Shown here one piece after another: positions 40,512 to 48,219 of a stretch of DNA of 64,000 bases. Source of the stretch: Candidatus Oxydemutator sp. (GTDB lineage Bacteria > Pseudomonadota > Gammaproteobacteria > Poriferisulfidales > Oxydemutatoraceae). Position 1 is the stretch's first letter. Each line of letters opens with the position of its first letter. Both the position numbers and the translations under genes were made by a program. The stretch lies in assembly GCA_965203445.1 (NCBI GenBank), contig OZ241883.1, positions 704,001 through 768,000 on the forward strand, written 5' to 3'. Below the pieces are notes generated by a model. That model was given only the letters and a program-made list of their open reading frames with translations. It was not told the origin of the DNA and ran no database searches.

Positions 40512-41291
40512 ATGTCACCGTACCTGAACGTCGCCGAGCAAGCGGCATTGGCCGCGGGCCGGATCATCATGCGCCGCGCCACGCGCCCGCACGAGATCAA
40601 GGTTCGCGCCAAGGGCCGCAACGACCCGGTCAGCGACGTGGACCTCGCATGTGAACGCGAGATCGTCGGCCACGTGCGCCGCGCCTTCCCCGACCACGCC
40701 GTCGTCTGCGAGGAAGGCGGCACGCGGCGCGCCGACGGCGAATGGCAATGGCTGGTCGACCCCCTGGACGGCACCGCCAACTTCGTGCGCGGCTTCCCCC
40801 ACTACGCCGTCTCCATCGCGCTACTGCGGCGCGGCACGCCGGTCGTCGGCGTGATTTTCGACCCGTTCAAAAACGAGCTGTTCCTGGCCGAGCGCGGCAA
40901 GGGCGCCACGCTGAACCAGCACAAGATACGCGCGTCGGAGACGACGCTCCTGCCGGGCGCGCTGATCGGCACCGGCATCCCGTACCGTCCCGACCAGGAC
41001 CTGGAGGCCTATCTCGGGAGCCTGCGCACCATCGCGCGCGAGGCCAACGTCCGCCGCGCCGGAGCGGCCGCGCTGGACTTGGCCTACGTGGCCTGCGCGC
41101 GGCTCGACGGCTTTTGGGAATTCGGGCTGCGCCCGTGGGACATAGCCGCCGGCATCGTCATCGTACGCGAGGCGGGCGGCCTGATCGGCGAACCGACGGG
41201 CGACGGCGACTGTCTCGAATCCGGCGACGTCCTGGCCGCCAACCCGGCGCTTTTCAAGACGATGACGAACCTGTTCAAGCGCGGCGGCTGA
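40512..41291 (+). CDS. suhB: Inositol monophosphatase SuhB
   Basis: WLVDPLDGTANF, RRAGAAALDLAYVA, PWDIAAG...VREAGG. Confidence 0.93.
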   Translation: MSPYLNVAEQAALAAGRIIMRRATRPHEIKVRAKGRNDPVSDVDLACEREIVGHVRRAFPDHAVVCEEGGTRRADGEWQWLVDPLDGTANFVRGFPHYAVSIALLRRGTPVVGVIFDPFKNELFLAERGKGATLNQHKIRASETTLLPGALIGTGIPYRPDQDLEAYLGSLRTIAREANVRRAGAAALDLAYVACARLDGFWEFGLRPWDIAAGIVIVREAGGLIGEPTGDGDCLESGDVLAANPALFKTMTNLFKRGG

Positions 41292-41336
41292 CGTATAAGG
41301 CCAGAAACATTCTGGACAATATCTTAGCCGCAGAAA

Positions 41337-41371
41337 GGTAGCCGACGTGCAAATAAAGCACGTCGGCTACC
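41337..41371. terminator. Strong hairpin between convergent suhB and DUF1640-like gene
   Basis: ggtagccgacgtgc-aaataaa-gcacgtcggctacc, perfect 14-bp stem; no clear U-tract. Confidence 0.5.
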
Positions 41372-41594
41372 GCGTCCCAGGGTTGCGTAAAATAGCTTCC
41401 TATGCAAACCGTATGGAGGCTCATGGCATCTCCCGCCCGTAGGCTCCGTGAAAATGCCGCATTGTGTCCGATTAGGACATCTGTGCTTTGGAGAAATAGG
41501 ACGTTACTGCTTTGGGCCAACACCCCGTTTTCCGGGCCGAGGGGCGCTTTTCGGCGGATCCGACGATTCGGGCGGCAGAGAGGATGGGCGGGGC

Positions 41595-41858
41595 TCAGGT
41601 CGGGGGAATGAACGTCAACATCAGGCCGACCCCGGCAAGAATAACGACAGTGGCGCTCAAAACGACGCGATATATCAATCCGGTCAGCTTGGTCTCAAGG
41701 CGGTGCAAATCGGTTTTGAGCGCAGCCTCCAATTTGACCAGATCGGCCTTGGTCGCTACTTCGTCTACTTGGGCAATCGAGTCCGCCGCGGCCCTCGCCT
41801 CGCCGTCGGTGACATCGGGAATGCGCCTGAGCAGTTGATAAAGGGCTATGATGCTCAT
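41595..41858 (-). CDS. Small coiled-coil protein with C-terminal TM helix (DUF1640/CCDC90-like)
   Basis: MSIIALYQLLRRIP...EVATKADLVKLEAALKTDLHRLETKL plus hydrophobic tail; TATAAT at 41871-41876. Confidence 0.75.
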   Translation of the reverse strand: MSIIALYQLLRRIPDVTDGEARAAADSIAQVDEVATKADLVKLEAALKTDLHRLETKLTGLIYRVVLSATVVILAGVGLMLTFIPPT

Positions 41859-42048
41859 GATCGGGGACGGATTATAACTTTCCTTCAACGGCGGCGCTCA
41901 GGCCCGCGCCAAGCGCTGGCGGCGCTGCTGCTGTCTACGGTTTGCCGAAGGCGGGCAACAAGGGGATACCGTGGGTCGGCGGCAAGCGGGCAGGGGGAGA
42001 GGCGTATGGCGCAAGGCACCGAGTCCAGTATAATTCCGCCTCCCGACC

Positions 42049-43161
42049 ATGAATATCACGATGCGCCGGTGCATACAAAAAGTCGCCACCGGCCCCGAAT
42101 ACAGCAAGGACCTGACGTTCGACGAGGCGCGCGCGGCGATGCGGTGCATACTCGCGGACGACGCCGACCCGGTGGAGGCGGCGGTGTATCTGATCGCGCT
42201 ACGGATGAAACGCGAGACGCAGGAGGAAAACCGGGGCACCTTGCAGGCGATCCGCGAAGCGCTCGAGACCGCGACCGCGCCGGTCGACCAGGTCGTGGCC
42301 ATCGCCGACCCGTACGACGGTTTTTTGCGTTCCCTGCCGGTTTCGCCCTTTCTTCCGGCGGTGCTCGCGGCCTGCGACGTCGCCGCACTCAGCCACGGGG
42401 TGGAGAAAGTCGGCCCGAAGTACGGCGCCACCCACCATACGATTTTGCGCGCCGCCGGCGCCGACGTCGGCCTGTCGGTGCGACGGGCGGCGGCGCGCCT
42501 GCAAGACGTCGGCTGGGCCTACGTGGATCAAAGCCGTTTCTGCCCGCGGCTGCATAACTTGGCGCCGCTGCGCACCCGCATCGTCAAGCGCCCGCTGATT
42601 ACGACCGTAGAGGTGCTCGCCCACCCGGTACGCGGGCGCCGCAGCACCCATCTCGTCACCGGTTACGTGCACAAGGCGTATCCGCCGATCTATCTCGACC
42701 TGGCAAAGTTCGCCGGCTTCGCCTCCGCGGCCGTCGTGCGCGGCAGCGAGGGCGGTGTGACGCCGTCCCTGAAACAACCGGCGCGGCTGCACGAATACCA
42801 CGGCGACGCCCCGGCGCGGGCGCGCGAACTCGACCCGCGGGCCATCGGCATAGACAGCAAGACGCGCGGCGTGCCGCTGCCGGACGATTTGCCGACGGCC
42901 GAGGAGCAGGGCGATGCGATCGCCGCCGACGTGGACGTGGGCGCGCTGTCGCAACGCGCGGCCGCGGCCGGCGTGGCCGCGCTGCAAGGCGAGCCGGGCG
43001 CCGCGCGCGGCTGCCTGATATACTCCGGCGCGACGGTGCTCACCCACCTGCGGCGCTTCGATTCGATGGCGGACGCCGCGGCCGCCGTGGCCGAACGGCT
43101 CGACGACGGCAGCGCATACGAACGTTTCAACGCGGCGCGCGCTTCCGGCGTCCCCGCGTAA
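42049..43161 (+). CDS. Anthranilate phosphoribosyltransferase-like (TrpD2/YbiB-type) protein
   Basis: IQKVATGPEYSKDL, LIALRMKRET, DPYDG, HGVEKVGPKYGATH, GYVHKAY, RGSEGG; lacks the canonical TrpD GTGGD motif. Confidence 0.8.
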   Translation: MNITMRRCIQKVATGPEYSKDLTFDEARAAMRCILADDADPVEAAVYLIALRMKRETQEENRGTLQAIREALETATAPVDQVVAIADPYDGFLRSLPVSPFLPAVLAACDVAALSHGVEKVGPKYGATHHTILRAAGADVGLSVRRAAARLQDVGWAYVDQSRFCPRLHNLAPLRTRIVKRPLITTVEVLAHPVRGRRSTHLVTGYVHKAYPPIYLDLAKFAGFASAAVVRGSEGGVTPSLKQPARLHEYHGDAPARARELDPRAIGIDSKTRGVPLPDDLPTAEEQGDAIAADVDVGALSQRAAAAGVAALQGEPGAARGCLIYSGATVLTHLRRFDSMADAAAAVAERLDDGSAYERFNAARASGVPA

Positions 43162-43204
43162 GTTTCCCGCACAATCCGCGCCCGGCAAAACGAGGAGAAA
43201 CAGA

Positions 43205-43408
43205 ATGGACCAACTGTACAGAGACGCGATTACGCGGATGGAGGCGGCGGGCGTGCACCCCGACTACGTTTTGGGCTGGCAGGGCGGCTATTTAGGCCAC
43301 CCCGAGCGCGAACGGCAGCGCGCCAGCGACGCCTACGCCGCCGGGCGCAAAGACGGAGAGGAAAAGAACGCCGACAACTTCTCGGTCTGGGCCGGCAAGG
43401 CGGATTAG
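43205..43408 (+). CDS. Alvin_2107-like sulfur-oxidation-associated small protein
   Basis: Y.DAI.RME..GV..DY..GW.GGYLGHP.RE.QR...AY.AG..DG pattern recalled for this family; GAGGAG RBS. Confidence 0.7.
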   Translation: MDQLYRDAITRMEAAGVHPDYVLGWQGGYLGHPERERQRASDAYAAGRKDGEEKNADNFSVWAGKAD

Positions 43409-43464
43409 CACAAACCGCGTCCCCGCGACGCGTCGTCCCCGCTTTGTCGGCACCGACGGTTTCT

Positions 43465-44040
43465 TCAATCGGCGACCCCGTCCGACGCGGCCCCGATCAT
43501 CGAGGCGGCGCGGCGCAACTCCTTGTAGAGTGCCGGCGCCTCGGCGTCGATCACGTAATCCGGTATCCACCGGCGGTGTTTTTCATCCATCGCGTCGCGC
43601 ACGCGTTCGCCCAACAGGCGCCGCATCGTGAAGCTCGGGCCGGCGGCGGCGTCGTAGCCGCATTCGGCGTATTCCTCGGCGCGGCGGTTGACGAGACCGA
43701 TAAAACGCCGCAGGTGATCGCCGTCGTCGCCGGCGTCCGCGCGGTTGTCGCGGATGATCTCGCCGAAGCGCCGCGCCGCCGCCTCGACCAGCGCCGCGCG
43801 GTCGGCGTCGGTAAGCCTGCCGTAGGCGTAACGGTCGAGCAGGTGCAGCGCGAACGCGGCGAATTCCGAGATCGCGTCCAGCCTTTGCGCGTCGTCGCGC
43901 GTCTCGAAACCTTCGTTCTCGAGGTTCAGCAGGCACTCGGTCGTGATGCGCCACAGGTTGACGCCGATGGCGCCGGCCACCGCGCGGTAATCGCGCGTGG
44001 CGGGCGCGCGGTTCCACCTGGTTTTCAGGCGCGGCGGCAT
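43465..44040 (-). CDS. Conserved hypothetical helical protein (dsr-cluster neighbourhood)
   Basis: ORF 43465..44082; likely start ATG 44040 MPPRLKTRW; LWRI...LLNLENEGF, EFAAFALHLLDR, WIPDYVIDAEAP. Confidence 0.7.
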   Translation of the reverse strand: MPPRLKTRWNRAPATRDYRAVAGAIGVNLWRITTECLLNLENEGFETRDDAQRLDAISEFAAFALHLLDRYAYGRLTDADRAALVEAAARRFGEIIRDNRADAGDDGDHLRRFIGLVNRRAEEYAECGYDAAAGPSFTMRRLLGERVRDAMDEKHRRWIPDYVIDAEAPALYKELRRAASMIGAASDGVAD

Positions 44041-44063
44041 AACCGAGCGGTGCGGCGGTGTAG

Positions 44064-44069
44064 TATCAT
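44064..44069 (+). promoter_or_regulatory. -10 box (TATCAT) 6 nt upstream of ATG 44076
   Basis: TATCAT-ggcgcc-ATG. Confidence 0.5.
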
Positions 44070-44075
44070 GGCGCC

Positions 44076-45185
44076 ATGCCATTGTGCCATGAAGCCTCGC
44101 CTAAGACACCGTCGCGGGCCGGGAATGGACGTGCGCCCGGCCACGCGCTGGAACGGGCGGCCCTGTGCGAGACGGTGCGCTACAACTGCGGCGTGGCCGA
44201 CGCGCGCCACGCCGGCGACTACACGATGTGCGTCTATCTGCTGAAGATGCGCGAATACTACCGCTGGGAACGGGGCTACGCCTTCGACGAGGCGCTGCCG
44301 AAAGCCGATCTGGGCGCGTGGCTGAGCGAGCGCGAGGCGCTGTGGCGGCGTCTCGAAGACCGTCCCTTCCGCAAGCTGCGCGTCGCGGAACGCGCGTTCG
44401 ATCCGTTCGACACGGCCGCGATCAACCGCCGGCTGAACCGGCGCGGTTACGTGTACTCGGGCGGCTTCGGCGGCAACGGCGTCCCTCACTTCTTTCTCGG
44501 GCGCCTCGAGTCAAGACAAACTCGCGACGGAGTCGAAGTGTTGGTGGCGGCCGCCGAATGCGCGCGCGACCTTGCGGCACCGCCGGCGATGTCGTTGGAC
44601 GGCGTGATCTTCGTGCGCCGCGAGTCCATCCGCAGGATGATCTGGGAAAAACTCACCGAATGGCGCTGGCAGCGCACGCGCAACGCGATGGCGCAGGCGT
44701 TCTCCTACTACGATTTCGACGGCGACCTCGAACGGGCGCTGGACGACATGACGCAAAACGAGATCGAGACCGTCACCCTGCACGAGCTCGGCGAGATCGA
44801 GGCCGGACGGCTGCTCGGCAAAAGGTGGTACGAGATGCTCGCGCGCCTGCCGCGCTCGCGCGCCGCGCTCATGGCGCGCGCGGTCAAGGACAATCTCGCC
44901 GATTCGATCACGGTGCTGCCGACGCTGGTCGGCGAACGCAAAATCCCGTCGCTGCACTTCCACGTCGCCAGCCTGACGGCGACGCGCAAAAAATTGTTCC
45001 CGGCGCTGACCGACGCCTACCGCGACTGGCGGCGCGGCGGCAGCATGGACGCAATCGCAGAACTGGCGGCGCCGGCGCGGCGGCACTGGCGGCGCACAGC
45101 AAACCGCCTGCTCGAGGCCTTCGAGCGCGACGGCGAGGACGCCGCGCCGCGCATCGAGGCGCTGTGCGAGCGGGCGGCGCTGTAG
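44076..45185 (+). CDS. dsrS: Sfum_1244-family protein, probable DsrS
   Basis: VRYNCGVADARHAGDYTMCVYLLKMREYYRWE, PHFFLG, ARDLAAPPAM, LHELGE, RAVKDNLAD; near a dsrR-like gene. Symbol from recalled similarity. Confidence 0.6.
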   Translation: MPLCHEASPKTPSRAGNGRAPGHALERAALCETVRYNCGVADARHAGDYTMCVYLLKMREYYRWERGYAFDEALPKADLGAWLSEREALWRRLEDRPFRKLRVAERAFDPFDTAAINRRLNRRGYVYSGGFGGNGVPHFFLGRLESRQTRDGVEVLVAAAECARDLAAPPAMSLDGVIFVRRESIRRMIWEKLTEWRWQRTRNAMAQAFSYYDFDGDLERALDDMTQNEIETVTLHELGEIEAGRLLGKRWYEMLARLPRSRAALMARAVKDNLADSITVLPTLVGERKIPSLHFHVASLTATRKKLFPALTDAYRDWRRGGSMDAIAELAAPARRHWRRTANRLLEAFERDGEDAAPRIEALCERAAL

Positions 45186-45196
45186 CGACGCCGGGC

Positions 45197-45808
45197 ATGA
45201 ACGCGGAAAACCGGTTTCATTCGCCCCTGGCCACGATACGCGAGGCCAAGCCGAACACTTTCATCTTCGAGAAGACCGGCGCGCTGCCGGACGCGCTGTG
45301 CGACGACGTCGTGCGGCGCTTCGAGGCGGCACCCGACGAGCACTACCCCGGTCGCGTCGGCCAGACCGGCTACGAGGACTTCTCGATCAAACGCTCGACC
45401 GACCTCTACATCAGCGGCAAACCGCAGTGGCGGGACGTCGACAGCGGGCTGTTCGGCTCGCTGTCGTCGGCGCTCGCCGAGTTTCGCCGCGCGTTCCCGT
45501 ACTTCCGCGGGCGCTTCAAGGACCTGGGTTACGGCATACAGCGCACGCGCACCGGCGAGTTCTACCATTGGCACGTGGACGGCGGCAGCCACGATTTCAG
45601 CGCGCGCCAGCTGGTCGCAATCTGGTACTTGAACGACGTCGAGGACGGCGGCGGCGGCGACACCGAATTCTTCGTGCAGCGGGTGCGCGTGCGCCCGCAG
45701 CGCGGCAAACTGCTGCTGTTCCCGCCGTTCTGGACGCACGAGCACCGGGGCGCGCGCCTGCAAAAAGGCGTCAAGTACATCGCCACGACCTGGGTGCTAT
45801 TCGCGTGA
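45197..45808 (+). CDS. 2OG-Fe(II) oxygenase
   Basis: FYHWHVD (HxD), IWYLNDV..GG..TEF, LLFPPFWTHEHRG, KYIATTW. Confidence 0.88.
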   Translation: MNAENRFHSPLATIREAKPNTFIFEKTGALPDALCDDVVRRFEAAPDEHYPGRVGQTGYEDFSIKRSTDLYISGKPQWRDVDSGLFGSLSSALAEFRRAFPYFRGRFKDLGYGIQRTRTGEFYHWHVDGGSHDFSARQLVAIWYLNDVEDGGGGDTEFFVQRVRVRPQRGKLLLFPPFWTHEHRGARLQKGVKYIATTWVLFA

Positions 45809-46149
45809 GCAAGGCACCGCCGCCCGACGCATACGACGACGCCGGCTGCGCCGCGGGCGAAGCGTACGCGCTGCGCGTGCTGGGCGACAGCATGGAACCG
45901 GAGTTCGCCGACGGTTCGATCATCATCGTCGAACCCGGCGGCGTCGTCGAAAACGGATCGTACGTGATCGCCCGCACCGGCGGCGAGTACATCCTGCGGC
46001 AATTCGTCACCGAAGGCGAACACAGTTTTCTGAGGGCCTTGAACCCCGGCTACGCCGACGTCCCGGTACCCGGCGCCGAGGTCGTGCGCGGCGTCGTCGT
46101 CCAGCGCGCCGGCACGCGCCGCCGCGACCGCAAACGCTACGCCGGCTGA
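45805..46149 (+). CDS. Stand-alone S24 peptidase-like domain protein
   Basis: GTG overlaps the upstream stop. YALRVLGDSMEPEF.DG.IIIVEP, LRALNP.Y, GVVVQ; no HTH. Confidence 0.8.
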   Translation: MSKAPPPDAYDDAGCAAGEAYALRVLGDSMEPEFADGSIIIVEPGGVVENGSYVIARTGGEYILRQFVTEGEHSFLRALNPGYADVPVPGAEVVRGVVVQRAGTRRRDRKRYAG

Positions 46150-46159
46150 GGCGCGGCCC

Positions 46160-46822
46160 TCAGCGCCCCTTGCGAATCGCGTGCTTGACCGCGATCATCG
46201 CCGCCTCGGTGCGCGAGCGCACGCCCAGTTTCTTCAGCACCACGTTGACGTGCAGCTTGACGGTGCCGAAGGTGATGCCTAAGGCTTCCGCGATCAGTTT
46301 GTTGCTGCGCCCGTGGACGAGCAGATCCAGAACCTCGCGCTCGCGCGCCGTCAGCTTACCGATCAGTTCGCCGGGACACGGCGCCGGCGGTTCGCTCAGA
46401 TCGAGTTTTTCATAGGCGCCGCGCAGCACCGGCGCGACCACGGTCTTGCCGCGAACCACGTCGTGCAGCGCGGCGACGAGATCGTCGGGGGCGCTGTCCT
46501 TCAGCAGGTAGCCTTTGGCGCCACGCTTGAGCGAGTCGCTCAGGTCGTCGCTTTCCCTGCTCGCGGTCAACATCACGACCGGCTTCGCAAAGCCGCGCCG
46601 CGACAGCTCCTCGAGCACCTGTATGCCGTCCACGGCGGACATGCGCACGGCCACCAGTACGGCGTCGGGCTGGGTCTTGTGCACCCGTTCGACGCCGCGC
46701 AGGGCGTCGCCCTCCGACGCCACCACCTCGACACCGCGCGCGGCCAGCAGCGCCTCGAGACCGTCCCTGAACAAACGGTGGCCGTCTATCAAGGCGACCG
46801 ACAGAGGAACGGCCACGTCCAC
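46160..46822 (-). CDS. NarL/LuxR-family response regulator with degenerate receiver domain
   Basis: VALIDGHRLFRDGL, VVMLTAS, GAKGYLLKD, LTAREREVL..GRSNKLIA..GTVKLHV..LKKL. Confidence 0.9.
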   Translation of the reverse strand: MDVAVPLSVALIDGHRLFRDGLEALLAARGVEVVASEGDALRGVERVHKTQPDAVLVAVRMSAVDGIQVLEELSRRGFAKPVVMLTASRESDDLSDSLKRGAKGYLLKDSAPDDLVAALHDVVRGKTVVAPVLRGAYEKLDLSEPPAPCPGELIGKLTAREREVLDLLVHGRSNKLIAEALGITFGTVKLHVNVVLKKLGVRSRTEAAMIAVKHAIRKGR

Positions 46823-47163
46823 TAGGTCTCGTCCGGCGGAACGTAGGCCGGGTCGTTCGGGTTCAGGAAGATAAAGTGGAAGCGCCCACGTTCGAGTTCG
46901 ACGTAATCTATCGTCGTGTCCTTCAGCAGGCTCAGGGCGCTCCCCGACACGACCACCGAAACGTCGCCGCTGGTGAAGGAAACGTCGTCCTCGCGCGTGG
47001 CGTCGTCGAAACCCATCGCGTAGTGAAAACTGTCGTCGGGCGCGCGTTTCACGGCGACGCGCAACGGCCAGTCGCGCGCGTTGCCGCGCGCCGCGGATTT
47101 TTTTATCTGCCGGGCGGCGGACGCCGTGACCCGGATCGGCGCGTCCCCACCCGGCATCGTCAC
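46822..47163 (-). CDS. dsrR: DsrR (cysteine-less IscA/HesB-like protein)
   Basis: HesB-like IRVTASAARQI, LRVA...D.S.HYAMGFDD, LL..TTIDYVELE.G.FHFIFLNP.DP.Y.PP closely matches recalled A. vinosum DsrR; no Cys. Confidence 0.75.
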   Translation of the reverse strand: MTMPGGDAPIRVTASAARQIKKSAARGNARDWPLRVAVKRAPDDSFHYAMGFDDATREDDVSFTSGDVSVVVSGSALSLLKDTTIDYVELERGRFHFIFLNPNDPAYVPPDET

Positions 47164-47810
47164 GCGCCGTGCGCCAGCCCCAACGATAGTACGGCGCGCC
47201 GCACCCGCTCGCGCGCGCCCGCGGTGGGCGGCCGCCCCGTGACGATGCGCCGCAGGTCCTCGCGCGCACGCTCAAAATCGTCGTTGACGACGACCTGGTC
47301 AAACTCGTCAAAATGGCTCATCTCTTTCATCGCTTCGCTCATGCGCCGTTCGATCACTTCCCGCGAATCGCGTCCGCGACTTTGCAGACGCTCGCGCAGC
47401 GCCTCCTTCGACGGCGGCAGGATAAATATGGAAACCGCGTCCTTCATACAGGCCCTGACCTGCCTTGCTCCCTGCCAATCTATTTCCAGCAGAATATCAC
47501 GCCCGGATTCGATTGTCATTTCAAGCCACCGCCGGGAAGTGCCGTAGCGATGGCCAAAAACCTCGGCCGATTCGAGAAAATCTCCTTTGCCCCGCAAGCG
47601 CGCAAACGTCGCCTCATCCACAAAATAATAATCGCGCCCCTCGACCTCGTCGCGCCGCCGCGGCCGGGTCGTGTGCGACACCGACATCCTGAGGCACTGC
47701 AACTCCTCCAGCAGTTTTCTGAGCAAGGTGGTCTTGCCGGCGCCCGACGGCGCGGCCACGATGAACAGACGGCCGCGACGCGCCGGACGCCGATTGACGA
47801 CGGGACCCAT
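47160..47810 (-). CDS. gmk: Guanylate kinase
   Basis: APSGAGKTT, SHTTRPRR..E..G.DYYF, LEIDWQGA, IFILPPS. Confidence 0.96.
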   Translation of the reverse strand: MGPVVNRRPARRGRLFIVAAPSGAGKTTLLRKLLEELQCLRMSVSHTTRPRRRDEVEGRDYYFVDEATFARLRGKGDFLESAEVFGHRYGTSRRWLEMTIESGRDILLEIDWQGARQVRACMKDAVSIFILPPSKEALRERLQSRGRDSREVIERRMSEAMKEMSHFDEFDQVVVNDDFERAREDLRRIVTGRPPTAGARERVRRAVLSLGLAHGA

Positions 47811-47889
47811 GCGCTTAATCTACCATAGGCCGGGGCGCGCCGGCGCGGCGTAATATAATTCGCCGACAACCGCGGGGGGAAACTTGGCC

Positions 47890-48213
47890 ATGACTTTTGT
47901 CGTCAACGAAAACTGCATCAAGTGCAAATATACCGACTGCGTCGAAGTCTGTCCGGTGGACTGCTTCCACGAAGGGCCGAACTTCCTGGTCATTGATCCG
48001 GAGGAGTGCATAGACTGCGCGTTGTGCGAACCCGAGTGCCCGATCGCCGCCATCGCGCCGGAGGACGCGCTCGAGCAGGAGCAGCGCCACCTGCTGCAAC
48101 TCAACGCCGAACTGGCGCTGGAGTGGCCGCTCATCACCGTGAAGAAAGACCCGCCGCCGGACGCCGACGACTGGCGCGACAAACCGAACAAGCTCGACCT
48201 GCTCGAGCGCTGA
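47890..48213 (+). CDS. fdxA: 7Fe ferredoxin FdxA
   Basis: [38 protein letters not shown]. Confidence 0.95.
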   Translation: MTFVVNENCIKCKYTDCVEVCPVDCFHEGPNFLVIDPEECIDCALCEPECPIAAIAPEDALEQEQRHLLQLNAELALEWPLITVKKDPPPDADDWRDKPNKLDLLER

Positions 48214-48219
48214 GCGCCG

